Source: Syntrophales bacterium (GTDB lineage: Bacteria > Desulfobacterota > Syntrophia > Syntrophales > UBA6807). From it: a stretch of 64,000 nucleotides of DNA. The position numbers and the translations under genes are program-made. The notes under the pieces were generated by a model. The model had not been told where the DNA came from, did no database searches, and saw only the letters and a list, made by a program, of their open reading frames with translations. Positions 21,381 through 32,032 of the stretch are shown here, in pieces. The number at the start of each line of letters is the position of its first letter. Positions within the stretch are counted from its first letter, which is position 1. The stretch spans positions 704,001 to 768,000 of the forward strand of contig JAXGPA010000001.1 of the NCBI GenBank assembly GCA_040767195.1, given 5' to 3'.

Positions 21381-23380
21381 TCCATTTCGAATTTCGAAAG
21401 TTCCCGGATACGGTCCCGCAGGACGGCGGCCCGCTCGAATTCGAGGTTTTTCGCCGCCCCTTTCATTTCCTTCGTCAGCTGGCTGATAACCCCCCGGATC
21501 TCCCGGACGGACCGGAAGGACTCCCGGTCCTCCGCCACCGCCGCCGGGACGGTGACATAGTCGGATTCGTAGATCGAGGACAAGATGTTATCCAGGGACT
21601 TTCGGATCGTCGTCGGGGTGATGCCGTGCCGGTCGTTGTAGGTCTCCTGTATCTCCCGGCGGCGCCTGGTTTCCTCTACGCAGGCCTGGATGGACCGGGT
21701 CAGGGTGTCCGCGTAGAGGATCACCTGGCCGTTCACATTCCGTGCCGCCCGCCCGATGGTCTGAATGAGAGACCGCTCGGACCGGAGAAAACCCTCCCTG
21801 TCGGCATCCAGGATGGCCACGAGGGACACCTCGGGGATGTCGAGGCCTTCCCTGAGGAGGTTCACCCCCACGAGGACGTCGAATTCCCCCCGGCGCAGGG
21901 CGCTCAGGATGCTCACCCGCTCGAGGGTTTCGATGTCCGAGTGGAGGTAGCGCACCCGGATCCCCAGGTCGAGATAATACTCGGTGAGATTTTCCGCCAT
22001 CCTTTTCGTCAGGGTCGTCACGAGGACCCGTTCGTCCCGATCCACCCGTTTCCGGATTTCCCCCACCAGATCGTCCACCTGGTGGCGGGCCGGCTTGATC
22101 CGGATTTCCGGGTCCATGAGTCCCGTGGGACGGATGATCTGCTCCACCACCCGGGGCCCGGACCGCTCCAGCTCGTAAGTTGCCGGCGTGGCGGACACGT
22201 AGATTCGTTGAAAGGGGTAAGCCTCGAACTCGTCGAACCGCAGGGGCCGGTTGTCCAGGGCGGAAGGCAGGCGGAAGCCGTATTCGACCAGGGTTTCCTT
22301 CCGGGACCGGTCCCCCCGGAACATCCCCGTGAGCTGGGGAAGGGTCACGTGGCTCTCGTCAATGAAAAGAAGGGTTTCCGGGGACAGGTAATCCATAAGC
22401 GTGGGCGGGGGCTCCCCGGGGCGGCGTCCCGTGATGTGCCTCGAGTAGTTCTCGATGCCCTGGCAGTACCCCATCTCCCGGAGCATTTCCAGGTCGAACC
22501 GGGTGCGCTGTTCCAGGCGCTGGGCTTCGAGCCCTTTTTTCTGTCCCTCGAGGACCTTCAGGCGGTCCTCCAGTTCTCCCTCGATGTCCCTGGCCGCCCG
22601 CTTCAGGTTCTCTTCCGTGGTCACGTAGTGGCTCCCGGGATAGACGTCGATCCGCTTCAGGTCCCTGATCCTGTGCCCCCGGAGAGGATCCATGAGGGAA
22701 AGGCGCTCGATGACATCCCCGAAAAATTCCACCCGGATCACCCGCTCGTCCTCGTAGGGAGGGAAGATCTCCACCAGGTCCCCCCGGACCCGGAAGGTTC
22801 CCCGGTGAAAGTCGATGTCGTTCCGGTCGTACTGGATGCCCACGAGATTCCGGAGGAGTTCGTTCCGGTCCACCTCCAGGCCCGTCTCCAGAGAGACCTT
22901 CAGCGTCGAATAGTCTTCCGGCGCTCCGATGCCGTATATGCAGGACACGCTCGCCACGATGATCACGTCCCTCCGTTCGAAGAGAGACCGGGTGGCCGAG
23001 TGCCGGAGCTTGTCGATGTCCTCGTTGATGGACGAGTCCTTCTCGATGTAGGTGTCCGTGGCGGGCAGATAGGCCTCCGGCTGGTAGTAATCGTAATAAC
23101 TCACGAAATACTCTACGGCATGGTCGGGGAAAAGCATTCTGAACTCGTTGTACAGCTGGGCCGCCAGGGTCTTGTTGTGGGCGATGACCAGGGCGGGACG
23201 GTTTGTCCGGGCGATAACGTGGGCCATGGTGAAGGTTTTCCCGGAACCTGTGACGCCGACAAGAACCTGGTCCCGGTAATTTTTCAGCACACCCCCGGCC
23301 AGGCGCTCGATGGCCTGGGGCTGATCCCCCCGGGGCTCGAAATCACTCACCAGATGAAACAGCCTTTCGCGATCCGTCAT
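21347..23380 (-). CDS. uvrB: excinuclease ABC subunit B
   Basis: [34 protein letters not shown]. Confidence 0.98.
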   Translation of the reverse strand: MTDRERLFHLVSDFEPRGDQPQAIERLAGGVLKNYRDQVLVGVTGSGKTFTMAHVIARTNRPALVIAHNKTLAAQLYNEFRMLFPDHAVEYFVSYYDYYQPEAYLPATDTYIEKDSSINEDIDKLRHSATRSLFERRDVIIVASVSCIYGIGAPEDYSTLKVSLETGLEVDRNELLRNLVGIQYDRNDIDFHRGTFRVRGDLVEIFPPYEDERVIRVEFFGDVIERLSLMDPLRGHRIRDLKRIDVYPGSHYVTTEENLKRAARDIEGELEDRLKVLEGQKKGLEAQRLEQRTRFDLEMLREMGYCQGIENYSRHITGRRPGEPPPTLMDYLSPETLLFIDESHVTLPQLTGMFRGDRSRKETLVEYGFRLPSALDNRPLRFDEFEAYPFQRIYVSATPATYELERSGPRVVEQIIRPTGLMDPEIRIKPARHQVDDLVGEIRKRVDRDERVLVTTLTKRMAENLTEYYLDLGIRVRYLHSDIETLERVSILSALRRGEFDVLVGVNLLREGLDIPEVSLVAILDADREGFLRSERSLIQTIGRAARNVNGQVILYADTLTRSIQACVEETRRRREIQETYNDRHGITPTTIRKSLDNILSSIYESDYVTVPAAVAEDRESFRSVREIRGVISQLTKEMKGAAKNLEFERAAVLRDRIRELSKFEMEWQSWNADGTP

Positions 23381-23542
23381 GGCCTGCCCAAACCCTTTCC
23401 CGACCCTTTACTCTTAACAAAATATGCACAAAAATCCCACCGGGCAAGTGGCGCGGGCAGGGACGATGGTGAGTTTCGTCTTGACAACCAAGGACTTCTG
23501 TGATCTAAAAGCGAGTTCATAGATTTCAACTGGAGCAGGCCG

Positions 23543-23680
23543 ATGAAAAAAAATCTCACCAACACGACCAACTTGAAAAGAAAGCGGGACCACGGGTTTC
23601 GCGCCAGAATGGCCACCAAGGGCGGGAGGCTCGTCCTGAAACGGAGAAGGGCCAAGGGGCGGAAGAGACTCGTCGTTTAG
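23543..23680 (+). CDS. rpmH: 50S ribosomal protein L34 (not in ORF track)
   Basis: manual translation [52 protein letters not shown]; upstream of rnpA. Confidence 0.95.
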   Translation: MKKNLTNTTNLKRKRDHGFRARMATKGGRLVLKRRRAKGRKRLVV

Positions 23681-23741
23681 CCCCGGTGAAAAACAGGCGT
23701 TCTCGACCGGACTCACAGCATCGAAACCATCTCCTTGACTC

Positions 23742-24092
23742 ATGGAACCTCGAACATTACGGAAGCAGGAGAAACTCCGGAAGAGAAAGGAATTCAACCA
23801 GGCGTTTCAAACCGGAACAAGATACGACTCGAAGAACTTCATCGTCTTTGTGAGCCAGAATCCGCTGGGACTCCGAAGACTCGGTCTGACGGTCAGCAGG
23901 AAAGTAGGGAAAGCGGTCAAGAGAAATCGGATGAAGCGGCTCCTCCGGGAGTTTTTCCGTTTGAATAAGGAGAAGATGCCCGATTCCAAGGACATTCTCG
24001 TCGTCGTCAGAAAACGGGCCTCTCACCGGCTCGGGTATGAGGATGTCCGTAGGGAACTGGAACAGCTCTTCAGGGAAAAGGTGTGTTCCTGA
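23742..24092 (+). CDS. rnpA: ribonuclease P protein component
   Basis: [25 protein letters not shown]. Confidence 0.96.
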   Translation: MEPRTLRKQEKLRKRKEFNQAFQTGTRYDSKNFIVFVSQNPLGLRRLGLTVSRKVGKAVKRNRMKRLLREFFRLNKEKMPDSKDILVVVRKRASHRLGYEDVRRELEQLFREKVCS

Positions 24093-24096
24093 CACC

Positions 24097-24321
24097 ATGG
24101 TACAGCACGCCGTCACCAGGATGTTTATCTGCCTGATCCGCTGTTACCAGGTTGTCCTGTCGCCCCTTTTCCCGACATCCTGCCGTTTTTTCCCCACCTG
24201 TTCGGAGTATGCCATCGAAGCCATCGGGCGTCATGGCCCCATGAAGGGGGCTTGGCTCGGGTTCCGGCGAATTCTCCGATGTCATCCCTTTCACCCCGGC
24301 GGATTCGATCCCGTGGCCTAA
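24097..24321 (+). CDS. yidD: membrane protein insertion efficiency factor
   Basis: [26 protein letters not shown]. Confidence 0.95.
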   Translation: MVQHAVTRMFICLIRCYQVVLSPLFPTSCRFFPTCSEYAIEAIGRHGPMKGAWLGFRRILRCHPFHPGGFDPVA

Positions 24322-24352
24322 CCCGGCGGGATCGCATTTGGGAGGTTTTTTC

Positions 24353-25981
24353 ATGGACAAACGCACACTCATAGCGATCGTCCTGTCGCTCGCCCTCGTC
24401 ATGCTTTACCAGTATCTGTTCGTCAAGCCCGTGGCGGTGCAGAAGCCCGCCGACCAGGCGAAACAGGAAACCGCCGTGTCAGCCACAACGACCCCCGGAG
24501 CCACCCCCGAGGCGACCTCCGGACCGGAAACCCCGATCCGGCAGAGAAGCCTCTTCAAAAGAGAGGAAGCCGTCGTTCCCGGGAAGGACATCACCGTGGA
24601 TACCCCCCTGTACACCGCCGTGTTCAGCACCCGGGGCGGGGCGCTCCGCTCCATGAAACTCAAGAATTACAAAACCGAAACAGGCCCGTCGGGTGTGCCG
24701 GTAGAAATGGTCTCACTGATACCGGAGATGTCCTATCCCCTGACGACGGGATTCTCCGATTCCACCGTGGAAATAGACCCCAACGTCCTTTTCGAAGCGG
24801 ACCGGGAAAAACTGACGCTCGCCCGGGAGGAAGGTCCGGAAACGCTGACCTTCTCCTGGACGTACCCGGGAGAAATAACGTTGGAGAAGCGTTACACGTT
24901 CCATGCCGACAGTTACCTCTTTGACCTGGACCTGACCGTCCGGAACCTGTCCGACGGCGTCATTCGGCAGACGGGCCTTCTCTCCTGGAATCACTACGTT
25001 GACCCGAACCGCGAGGAGGACAGTTACGGATTCGAAGGCCCCGTTTACTACTACAAGGATGACGTGGACACCCTGGCGGTAAAGAAAATCAAAAGTCCCC
25101 AGACGATCGGGCCGGATATCTCCTGGGGGGGGTACGAGAGCAAGTATTTCATCGCCGCCATGATCTCCCAGCAGCCCCCCCTGACCAGCCTCGTTCTCTC
25201 CAAGGAGGGCGACGACCGGGTTTCCGTGGATCTGGAAGGGCCGAGAAACGTCATCCCTCCCCAGCAGGCGGGAAGTTTCCGATACACCCTTTACGTGGGA
25301 CCCAAGGACCACACCATTCTGAAGTCCGTGGGCGCGGGCCTGGAGAATGCCATCGACTTCGGCTCCTGGATCAAGTGGCTGGCCCTGCCTCTTTTGAAAG
25401 CCCTCAAGTTCATCTATGGTTTCGTCCACAACTACGGCCTAGCCATCATCATCCTGACCCTTTTCGTCAAGATCCTCTTCTGGCCTTTGGGAAACATGAG
25501 CTACCGGTCCATGAAAGGGATGCAGAAACTTCAGCCGAAAATCAACGAACTTCGGGAAAAATACAAGGACGACAAGGCCCGGCTGAACCAGGAGGTCATG
25601 TCCCTCTACAAGATACACAAGGTCAACCCCATGAGCGGTTGCCTGCCCATTTTTATACAGATCCCCGTTTTTTTCGGTCTCTACAAGGCCCTTCTCTATG
25701 CCATCGAATTGAGGCACGCTCCCTTCGTCTTCTGGATCAGCGACCTTTCCGCCAAGGATCCCTATTACATCACGCCGATTCTCATGGGTGCCACCATGTT
25801 CCTCCAGCAGAAGATGACCCCTTCTTCGGGAAGCGACATGCAGCAGAAGATGATGATGTGGATGCCCATCATTTTCACGTTCCTGTTTCTCAGCTTCCCG
25901 TCGGGTCTTGTCCTCTACTGGCTTTTCAACAACGTCCTGAGCATCGGCCAGCAATACTACGTCAACCGGCAAAAATCATAG
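24353..25981 (+). CDS. yidC: membrane protein insertase
   Basis: IDFG, NYGLAII, LQPKI, GCLPIFIQIP, PSGLVLYW. Confidence 0.97.
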   Translation: MDKRTLIAIVLSLALVMLYQYLFVKPVAVQKPADQAKQETAVSATTTPGATPEATSGPETPIRQRSLFKREEAVVPGKDITVDTPLYTAVFSTRGGALRSMKLKNYKTETGPSGVPVEMVSLIPEMSYPLTTGFSDSTVEIDPNVLFEADREKLTLAREEGPETLTFSWTYPGEITLEKRYTFHADSYLFDLDLTVRNLSDGVIRQTGLLSWNHYVDPNREEDSYGFEGPVYYYKDDVDTLAVKKIKSPQTIGPDISWGGYESKYFIAAMISQQPPLTSLVLSKEGDDRVSVDLEGPRNVIPPQQAGSFRYTLYVGPKDHTILKSVGAGLENAIDFGSWIKWLALPLLKALKFIYGFVHNYGLAIIILTLFVKILFWPLGNMSYRSMKGMQKLQPKINELREKYKDDKARLNQEVMSLYKIHKVNPMSGCLPIFIQIPVFFGLYKALLYAIELRHAPFVFWISDLSAKDPYYITPILMGATMFLQQKMTPSSGSDMQQKMMMWMPIIFTFLFLSFPSGLVLYWLFNNVLSIGQQYYVNRQKS

Positions 25982-26002
25982 CACGGACAAGGTAGGGCAA
26001 AA

Positions 26003-26734
26003 ATGGAGAGGAAAACCATAGAATTAGAAGGAAAAACCATAGACGACGCCATTGAAAAGGCCTGCCGCGAATTTGATCTTCCCCGGGAAAGGCTGAACAT
26101 CGAAATCCTCTCGGAAGGGTCCTCGGGGTTTCTCGGCCTCGTGGGGACGAAGCGGGCGAAAATCCGCGCCAGCCTCATGACACTGAACCTGAACTTCGAT
26201 GAACCGAAGGAACCGCCTGTCGACGCCGCTCCCGAAACATCCGGCCTCGAGGAGGAAGAACCCGAAAAAGTTTCCTCGCCCCAGGCCCTTCGGGCGGAAA
26301 CCTTTCTGACCGGCCTTTTGGAGTCGATGGGATTTTCCTTTCCCGTCCGGCACGAGGAAGGAGAGGATTACATTCTGCTGAAAATCGAGGGGGACGGCAG
26401 CGGGCTTCTCATCGGAAAGGGCGGACAGACCCTCGACGCCGTCCAGTATATCGTCAACAAGGCCGTCCTCCGGGAAGGGGAGGGGCAGGAAAGGAAGAGA
26501 ATTCTCCTGGACACGGAGAATTACCGGAAAAGACGGGAGGAATCCCTCATTGAACTGGCTGAAAAACTGGGAGACAAGGTCAAAAGAACCCGCAGGCCGG
26601 CCACGATGAACCCCATGAACGCCCATGACCGCCGCATTGTACACATGGTCTTCCAGAACGACCGGCAGCTCACGACGAAAAGCCGGGGTGAAGGCACCTT
26701 CCGGAAAATTGTCATCATGCCGGTGAAAAAATAA
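26003..26734 (+). CDS. jag: Jag/KhpB RNA-binding protein (Jag_N, KH, R3H)
   Basis: GKTIDDAI, LLIGKGGQTLDAVQY, RRIVH. Confidence 0.94.
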   Translation: MERKTIELEGKTIDDAIEKACREFDLPRERLNIEILSEGSSGFLGLVGTKRAKIRASLMTLNLNFDEPKEPPVDAAPETSGLEEEEPEKVSSPQALRAETFLTGLLESMGFSFPVRHEEGEDYILLKIEGDGSGLLIGKGGQTLDAVQYIVNKAVLREGEGQERKRILLDTENYRKRREESLIELAEKLGDKVKRTRRPATMNPMNAHDRRIVHMVFQNDRQLTTKSRGEGTFRKIVIMPVKK

Positions 26735-26758
26735 GGCCCCCCCAAGGAGCGTTCTCTG

Positions 26759-28147
26759 GTGGCGCGGGATGTGGAAACCATAGCGGCCGTCGCAACCCCG
26801 CGGGGAAAGGGAAGCGTCGGCATCATCCGGATCAGCGGCCGGGACGCGGAAGCCATTCTTCGCAGGCTGTTTCAGCCCCATGGGGAAACGCACCGGCCCC
26901 TGGAAAGCCACCGCCTTTATTTCGGCCGGATCACCGTCCCGGAATCGGACAGGGTTCTCGACGAAGTCCTCGTCACGGTCATGAGGGCCCCCCGATCCTT
27001 CACGGGAGAAGACGTGGCGGAAATCCACTGCCACGGAAGCCCCCTCATCCTGGAACGGATCCTCGACGAAATCCTCCGTCAGGGCGCCCGGCCCGCCGAG
27101 CCTGGAGAGTTCACCCGCCGGGCTTTCCTGAACGACCGGATAAATCTCGCCCAGGCCGAGGCCGTCCTCGACCTCGTCGAGGGAAAGACGGAAAAAGGGG
27201 CGGACATCGCTCTCGCCCACCTCCAGGGCGTTTTTTCAGACCGGATCCAGTATCTTCGATACCGGATACTGGAGGCCCTGGCCCTCCTGGAAACGGCCCT
27301 CGATTTTTCCGATGAGGACCTTCCCGACGACCCGACCGTAACGATCCCCGAAATACTGAACCATTGCGCCGAGAGCCTTTCCGGGCTTCTCGCCACGTAC
27401 CAGGAAGGAAAGATATGGCGGGACGGCCTTTCCCTGGTCATTACGGGAAAACCGAACGTGGGGAAATCGAGCCTCCTGAACCGTCTGCTCGGGGAAAACC
27501 GGGCCATCGTCAGCTCCCTGCCGGGAACCACGCGGGACTTCATCGAGGAAGCCTTCACCGTGGGGGGTATTCCCGTCCGCCTCACCGACACGGCCGGCAT
27601 CCGGGAAGGACGGGACGAGGTCGAGGAAGAGGGGGTCCGGCGGGTCTGGGAGAAGACGGCCGAGGCCGACGGCGTCATCGTTCTTCTCGACGGCAGCGTC
27701 GCACTCTCTCCGGAAGATGAACTCATCATGGAAAAGCACGCAGGCAGGAAGATCCTTGTTGCCGTCAACAAGAGCGACCTCCCCCAGAAGCTGGATGACG
27801 GTGTCCTCCGAACCCTGGTTCCCGGTGCGGATCCTCTGCGCATCTCGGCGAAATACGGTGACGGCATGGCTGATCTGAAAGAGGCGATCCGCCGGATGGC
27901 CTCTTTGGATGACCGCGGGGACATCGCCGATGACGGCATCGTGACAAACCGCCGCCACAGGGACGTACTGGAACGGACACGGGCCTCTCTTAAACGGGGA
28001 AAAGAGGCCTTCCTGGAGGGCCGTCCGCCGGAGCTTCTCGCCCTGGATCTCCGGGAAGCCCTCTCCGCTCTGGGTGAAATAACCGGTGAAACGGCCACCG
28101 AGGAGGTCCTCGACATCATCTTCTCCCGGTTCTGCATCGGCAAGTGA
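26759..28147 (+). CDS. mnmE: tRNA modification GTPase
   Basis: TIAAVATP, GKPNVGKSSL, GTTRD, DTAG, NKSD, FCIGK end. Confidence 0.97.
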   Translation: MARDVETIAAVATPRGKGSVGIIRISGRDAEAILRRLFQPHGETHRPLESHRLYFGRITVPESDRVLDEVLVTVMRAPRSFTGEDVAEIHCHGSPLILERILDEILRQGARPAEPGEFTRRAFLNDRINLAQAEAVLDLVEGKTEKGADIALAHLQGVFSDRIQYLRYRILEALALLETALDFSDEDLPDDPTVTIPEILNHCAESLSGLLATYQEGKIWRDGLSLVITGKPNVGKSSLLNRLLGENRAIVSSLPGTTRDFIEEAFTVGGIPVRLTDTAGIREGRDEVEEEGVRRVWEKTAEADGVIVLLDGSVALSPEDELIMEKHAGRKILVAVNKSDLPQKLDDGVLRTLVPGADPLRISAKYGDGMADLKEAIRRMASLDDRGDIADDGIVTNRRHRDVLERTRASLKRGKEAFLEGRPPELLALDLREALSALGEITGETATEEVLDIIFSRFCIGK

Positions 28148-28254
28148 CGACGGCCGGCAGTGGCGCCGACGGAGACCGGTCCTTTTCCCCTGTTGATTAT
28201 TTGAAAGATCTCGTCTATTTTTCACCATGATCCCATTTCCCGGAAGAAATCGCC

Positions 28255-29250
28255 ATGTCCGAGATGTATCGAAAAGTCGCGGCCCTCATATCGCCTCTCT
28301 ATGAGGTGGGCGGGTCCGTTCGGGACGCCCTTCTCGGCCTGGAACCGAAAGACTTCGATTTCACCACGCCCCTGTCGCCGGACGACATCGAAAACAGGAT
28401 CCGGCAGGCGGGGAAACGTCCGTTTCTGACGGGAAAAAGGTTCGGCACCGTCGGCGTCCGCATGGACGGTCATCTCGTGGAAATCACCACGTTCCGCGCC
28501 GAAAGATACGAAGAGGGAAGCCGGAAACCCGATGTCACCTTTGTCGACGACCTCACGGCGGACCTCTCCCGGCGCGATTTCACCATAAACGCCATGGCCC
28601 GGGATGGGGAACGTCTCATCGACCCCTTTCACGGCCGGGCGGACCTGGCCCTGAAAACCCTTCGGGCCGTGGGGGCCCCGTCCACCCGCTTCCGGGAGGA
28701 CCCGCTCAGGATGCTCCGGGCCGCCCGCTTCAGCGCCCAACTCGGTTTCGCCGTTGAAGAACGGACCTTCCGGGCCGTCTCGAAGATGAGCCACCGGATC
28801 CTTCAGGTCAGCAAGGAGCGATGGACGTCTGAACTGGACCGGCTTCTCCTTTCGGAACATGTCAGGAAGGGGCTCGAGGTGCTCATGGAAAGCGGCCTTT
28901 GCCGCTTCATTGTCCCCGAAATTTCCCTTCAGAAGGATTACGGGCAGAATTCAAAATACCACCGGTTCACCCTCTGGGAGCACACCCTCCGGGTCACCGC
29001 TTCCGTTCCCCGGGACATCCACCTCCGCTGGGCCGCCTTCCTCCACGATGTGGCCAAGCCCTTTGTCCGGCTGAACAGGGAAGACCGAAGCACTTACGCC
29101 GGCCATGACCTTCTCGGTTATGACCTGGTCGTGCGCCTGGGCGGGCACCTGAGATGGTCGAAGGAAAGGACCCGGGCGGTGGCCGGGCTCGTCCGGGATC
29201 ACCTGAAAGCCGGAAGCCCCCTGAAGAGGGCCGATGACGGGGCGAAGTGA
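28255..29250 (+). CDS. class II tRNA nucleotidyltransferase (CCA-type) with HD domain
   Basis: VGGSVRD, DFDF, RRDFTINAMA, EDPLRMLRAARF, LHDVAKP. Confidence 0.9.
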   Translation: MSEMYRKVAALISPLYEVGGSVRDALLGLEPKDFDFTTPLSPDDIENRIRQAGKRPFLTGKRFGTVGVRMDGHLVEITTFRAERYEEGSRKPDVTFVDDLTADLSRRDFTINAMARDGERLIDPFHGRADLALKTLRAVGAPSTRFREDPLRMLRAARFSAQLGFAVEERTFRAVSKMSHRILQVSKERWTSELDRLLLSEHVRKGLEVLMESGLCRFIVPEISLQKDYGQNSKYHRFTLWEHTLRVTASVPRDIHLRWAAFLHDVAKPFVRLNREDRSTYAGHDLLGYDLVVRLGGHLRWSKERTRAVAGLVRDHLKAGSPLKRADDGAK

Positions 29251-29792
29251 CTATTTTCGAGAAAATAAAAATGGGAGAGAAAGAGAAAATGCCTGATAAG
29301 AAGGAAAACGATCGTCCCGTTCTGGCTTTCGCGCCTATCGGCGTTATCCGAAGCCCCTTCCGGGACCTCCGGGACATGCCCATCCAGCCGGCCGGGGCGG
29401 CGGGCGTCCGGGGAGAAGTCATCGTCGATCCCCCTTACCAGGAAGGCCTCCGGGACCTCGACGGGTTTTCCCACCTGTTCCTTATTTACCTGTTCCACCG
29501 GGTGGAAAGATGGAAGCCCCTCGTGGTGCCCTTCCTGGATTCGCAACCCCGGGGCATATTCGCCACCCGCGCCCCCGTGCGGCCCAACCCCATCGGCCTT
29601 TCCGTGGTGGAACTCCTGAAAGTGGAGGACAACGTCCTCGTTGTCCAGAACGTGGATATTCTCGACGGGACACCCCTTCTCGACATCAAGCCCTACTTTC
29701 CCGACTTCGATCACTACGCGACGAAGAAAAACGGCTGGCTTGAATCGCGGAAAGGACACGTGAAAAACCGCCGATCCGACGGGCGGTTCTGA
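29247..29792 (+). CDS. tsaA: tRNA m6t6A37 methyltransferase TrmO/TsaA (start uncertain)
   Basis: PIGVIRSPF, GIFATRAPVRPNPIGLS, LDGTPLLDIKPY. Confidence 0.92.
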   Translation: MTIFEKIKMGEKEKMPDKKENDRPVLAFAPIGVIRSPFRDLRDMPIQPAGAAGVRGEVIVDPPYQEGLRDLDGFSHLFLIYLFHRVERWKPLVVPFLDSQPRGIFATRAPVRPNPIGLSVVELLKVEDNVLVVQNVDILDGTPLLDIKPYFPDFDHYATKKNGWLESRKGHVKNRRSDGRF

Positions 29793-29798
29793 CAGCTT

Positions 29799-30686
29799 TC
29801 AGGGAATGGGATCTCCCATCTCCCGGTGAAGAGCCGTCAGCGCCTCCCGGCTGAAGGCATACGACGTGCCGCAGAATTCGCAGGTAACGGCAACATCCCC
29901 CTGCTCTCGAATGAGGCGCGCCATCTCCTTTTTTCCCAGGGAGAGGAGGACCCTCTCGATTCGTTCCCGGCTGCAGGTGCACCGCCAGAAAAGGGTCTTC
30001 GTCTCCAGGGTCCGGACGGGAATCCCGTCAAAAATCTCCTCGAGAAGGCTTTCCGGCGTTCCCCCGGCCCGGAGAAACGCCGTCACGGGCGGGAGCTTCT
30101 CAATCCGACGGATCAGCTGATCCACCACCTCCCCGTCCTGTGGCGGGAGCGTCTGGACGAGGAATCCCCCCGCCGAACTCACCGCGCCGTCGGGTTCGAC
30201 GAAAACGCCGAGACCCACCGCCGAGGGCACCTGTTCCGATTCGACAAAATAAGCCGCCAGGTCTTCGGCGATTTCGCCGGTGCGAAGCTTCACGACGCCC
30301 TGGTAGGGTTCTTCCAGACCGGTATCCTTGAACACGGTCAGGAAACCTTCTTTGCCGAGAACGCCGGACACGTTCAGTTTCCCGTCCAGGGAAGGGGCAT
30401 CGGCCCCGGGATTGCCGACGAACCCGCGCAGGGCCCCGGAGTAATCGGCCTCCACGATAATTTTTCCCAGGGGGCCGTTTCCCTCGAATTTCAAGCCGAT
30501 CTGCTGGCCCGACTTCATGAGGTTTCCCATGAGGGCTCCCCCGGTAAGGGCCCGTCCCAGGGCCGCCGACGCGGCGGGCGAGGTCCCGTGAATTCGGCAG
30601 GCCCGGTCCACCAGGCCGGTGGTGACGCAGGCAAGGCCCAGGACGCCGGCCTTTTCCCCGATAACCCGGACAAGATAATTTTTCAT
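29799..30686 (-). CDS. hslO: Hsp33 redox-regulated chaperone
   Basis: [16 protein letters not shown]...CEFC zinc motif. Confidence 0.94.
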   Translation of the reverse strand: MKNYLVRVIGEKAGVLGLACVTTGLVDRACRIHGTSPAASAALGRALTGGALMGNLMKSGQQIGLKFEGNGPLGKIIVEADYSGALRGFVGNPGADAPSLDGKLNVSGVLGKEGFLTVFKDTGLEEPYQGVVKLRTGEIAEDLAAYFVESEQVPSAVGLGVFVEPDGAVSSAGGFLVQTLPPQDGEVVDQLIRRIEKLPPVTAFLRAGGTPESLLEEIFDGIPVRTLETKTLFWRCTCSRERIERVLLSLGKKEMARLIREQGDVAVTCEFCGTSYAFSREALTALHREMGDPIP

Positions 30687-30748
30687 TTTATTCCTTTCCA
30701 TCCCTCCAACAATTTCAAGACATGAAAAGCCGCCCGCCCCGGCCGGCG

Positions 30749-31735
30749 TCACACCTGGAGTTCAACCACGTCGCCGTCCTCGAAGACGTAGTCTCTCTGG
30801 ACCATCTGGCCGTCCCGGACCGCCTTTCCCCAGATCCGGGCAGTTTTCAGCTTTCCAATGAAATCCTTGTGAATTTTTTCCGCCAGGGCCTCCACGGTGC
30901 TGCCTTGGGGCAGCATGTAAGGCTCGTCCAGGTCCGGGGGTTTCCCCGGTGTCTTGGTGTAAACCCGGATGACCCCGGAAAGGCGGAAGATCCGTTCCAT
31001 GAACGCATCGAGATGGCGCTTTTCCCGGACGGAAATGGCCACCGCGGGAAGGGGCGTTCCCGTGAGCTCCAGAAAGGTCCTGTAATCCTCTTCGTCTTTT
31101 GGTTCGTCCACCTTGTTCACCGCGATGAGCGTCTTCTTGATGAAAGGGGTTTTTCTCAGGTCCCCTGGGATACGGCACCCCTCCGGAAAGACACGGTAAT
31201 CCTTAAGGATTTCTAGAAGATCTTCCAGGTGCTGAAGGAGATCTTCCTTGAGATCGAGGAGAAGGACAAGGAGGTCCGCCCTCCTGATCAGGTCCGCCAT
31301 GAGGGGGTCCACGTAGGTTTTCGTGAGGGGCGGCGTGTCCAGGAGCTGAAAGGGGACATTCTCGAAAGCCGCCATTCCGGGAAGGGGAACCTGGGTCGTG
31401 TGGGGAAAATCGGCTACATCGGGTGTCGCGTTGGTCAGCCGGGCCACCAGGGAGGATTTTCCCGAATTCGGGGGACCGAGAATCGCCACCTGGGCCGCGC
31501 CCTCACGACTGATTGAAAAGGCCGTCCCCTTCCGGGCTCCCCCTTTTTTCGTCTGGGCCTGATCCTTGTGCTTGGCGATCCGCCGCCGGAGCTCGGCCTT
31601 CAGCTTGTCCGTTCCCTTGTGCTTGGGCATGATGGCCAGCATCTCTTCCAGGGCCTCGACCTTGGCCTCCGGGGTTCTGGCCTCCCGGTAACGTTTCTCC
31701 GCTTCCTGGTACTGGGGCGGCAGGTTCGCCGGCAT
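30749..31735 (-). CDS. DRG/OBG-like GTPase with C-terminal TGS domain
   Basis: [31 protein letters not shown] end. Confidence 0.88.
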   Translation of the reverse strand: MPANLPPQYQEAEKRYREARTPEAKVEALEEMLAIMPKHKGTDKLKAELRRRIAKHKDQAQTKKGGARKGTAFSISREGAAQVAILGPPNSGKSSLVARLTNATPDVADFPHTTQVPLPGMAAFENVPFQLLDTPPLTKTYVDPLMADLIRRADLLVLLLDLKEDLLQHLEDLLEILKDYRVFPEGCRIPGDLRKTPFIKKTLIAVNKVDEPKDEEDYRTFLELTGTPLPAVAISVREKRHLDAFMERIFRLSGVIRVYTKTPGKPPDLDEPYMLPQGSTVEALAEKIHKDFIGKLKTARIWGKAVRDGQMVQRDYVFEDGDVVELQV

Positions 31736-32032
31736 GCGCCTTACTCTCTCTTCAGGAAAAATTCAGGATCCGTGAACACTTTGCAAAATCTCAAATATCA
31801 GTGCAGTATCACATTTTTGTACACAAAACCCCTCGATAATTCAACTGTCATCAAGAAAAGGACCTTGCACGCCGGTCCCCCGGGAAGGACGTCGAAGCCC
31901 TCGATTTCCGGACCCAGTCCCTCATCGCCGGGTGGCGCCTTTTCGTTCAGGCCTGAGAGGGTTCCGGGAACTCTTGACAAAAAGAGTCATTATGGCTCAC
32001 ATTAGGCAAAAAAGACGAAACGGAGAAAATTA

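Noticed and set aside
21317..23503. long antisense ORFs (e.g. 21317-23503, 16747-18678, 41522-43183, 475-1839)
   Set aside because: Shadow frames of well-supported genes, expected at high GC3; no recognisable motifs
23400..23540. oriC/DnaA boxes upstream of rpmH
   Set aside because: Only one imperfect box (ATATGCACA), no cluster, no AT-rich unwinding element, no dnaA
31860..31990. TPP riboswitch or 6S-like RNA (contains CTGAGA)
   Set aside because: Lacks the CCTGA..TAAT..GCG core and any long rod-like pairing I can verify; an Rfam scan would settle it
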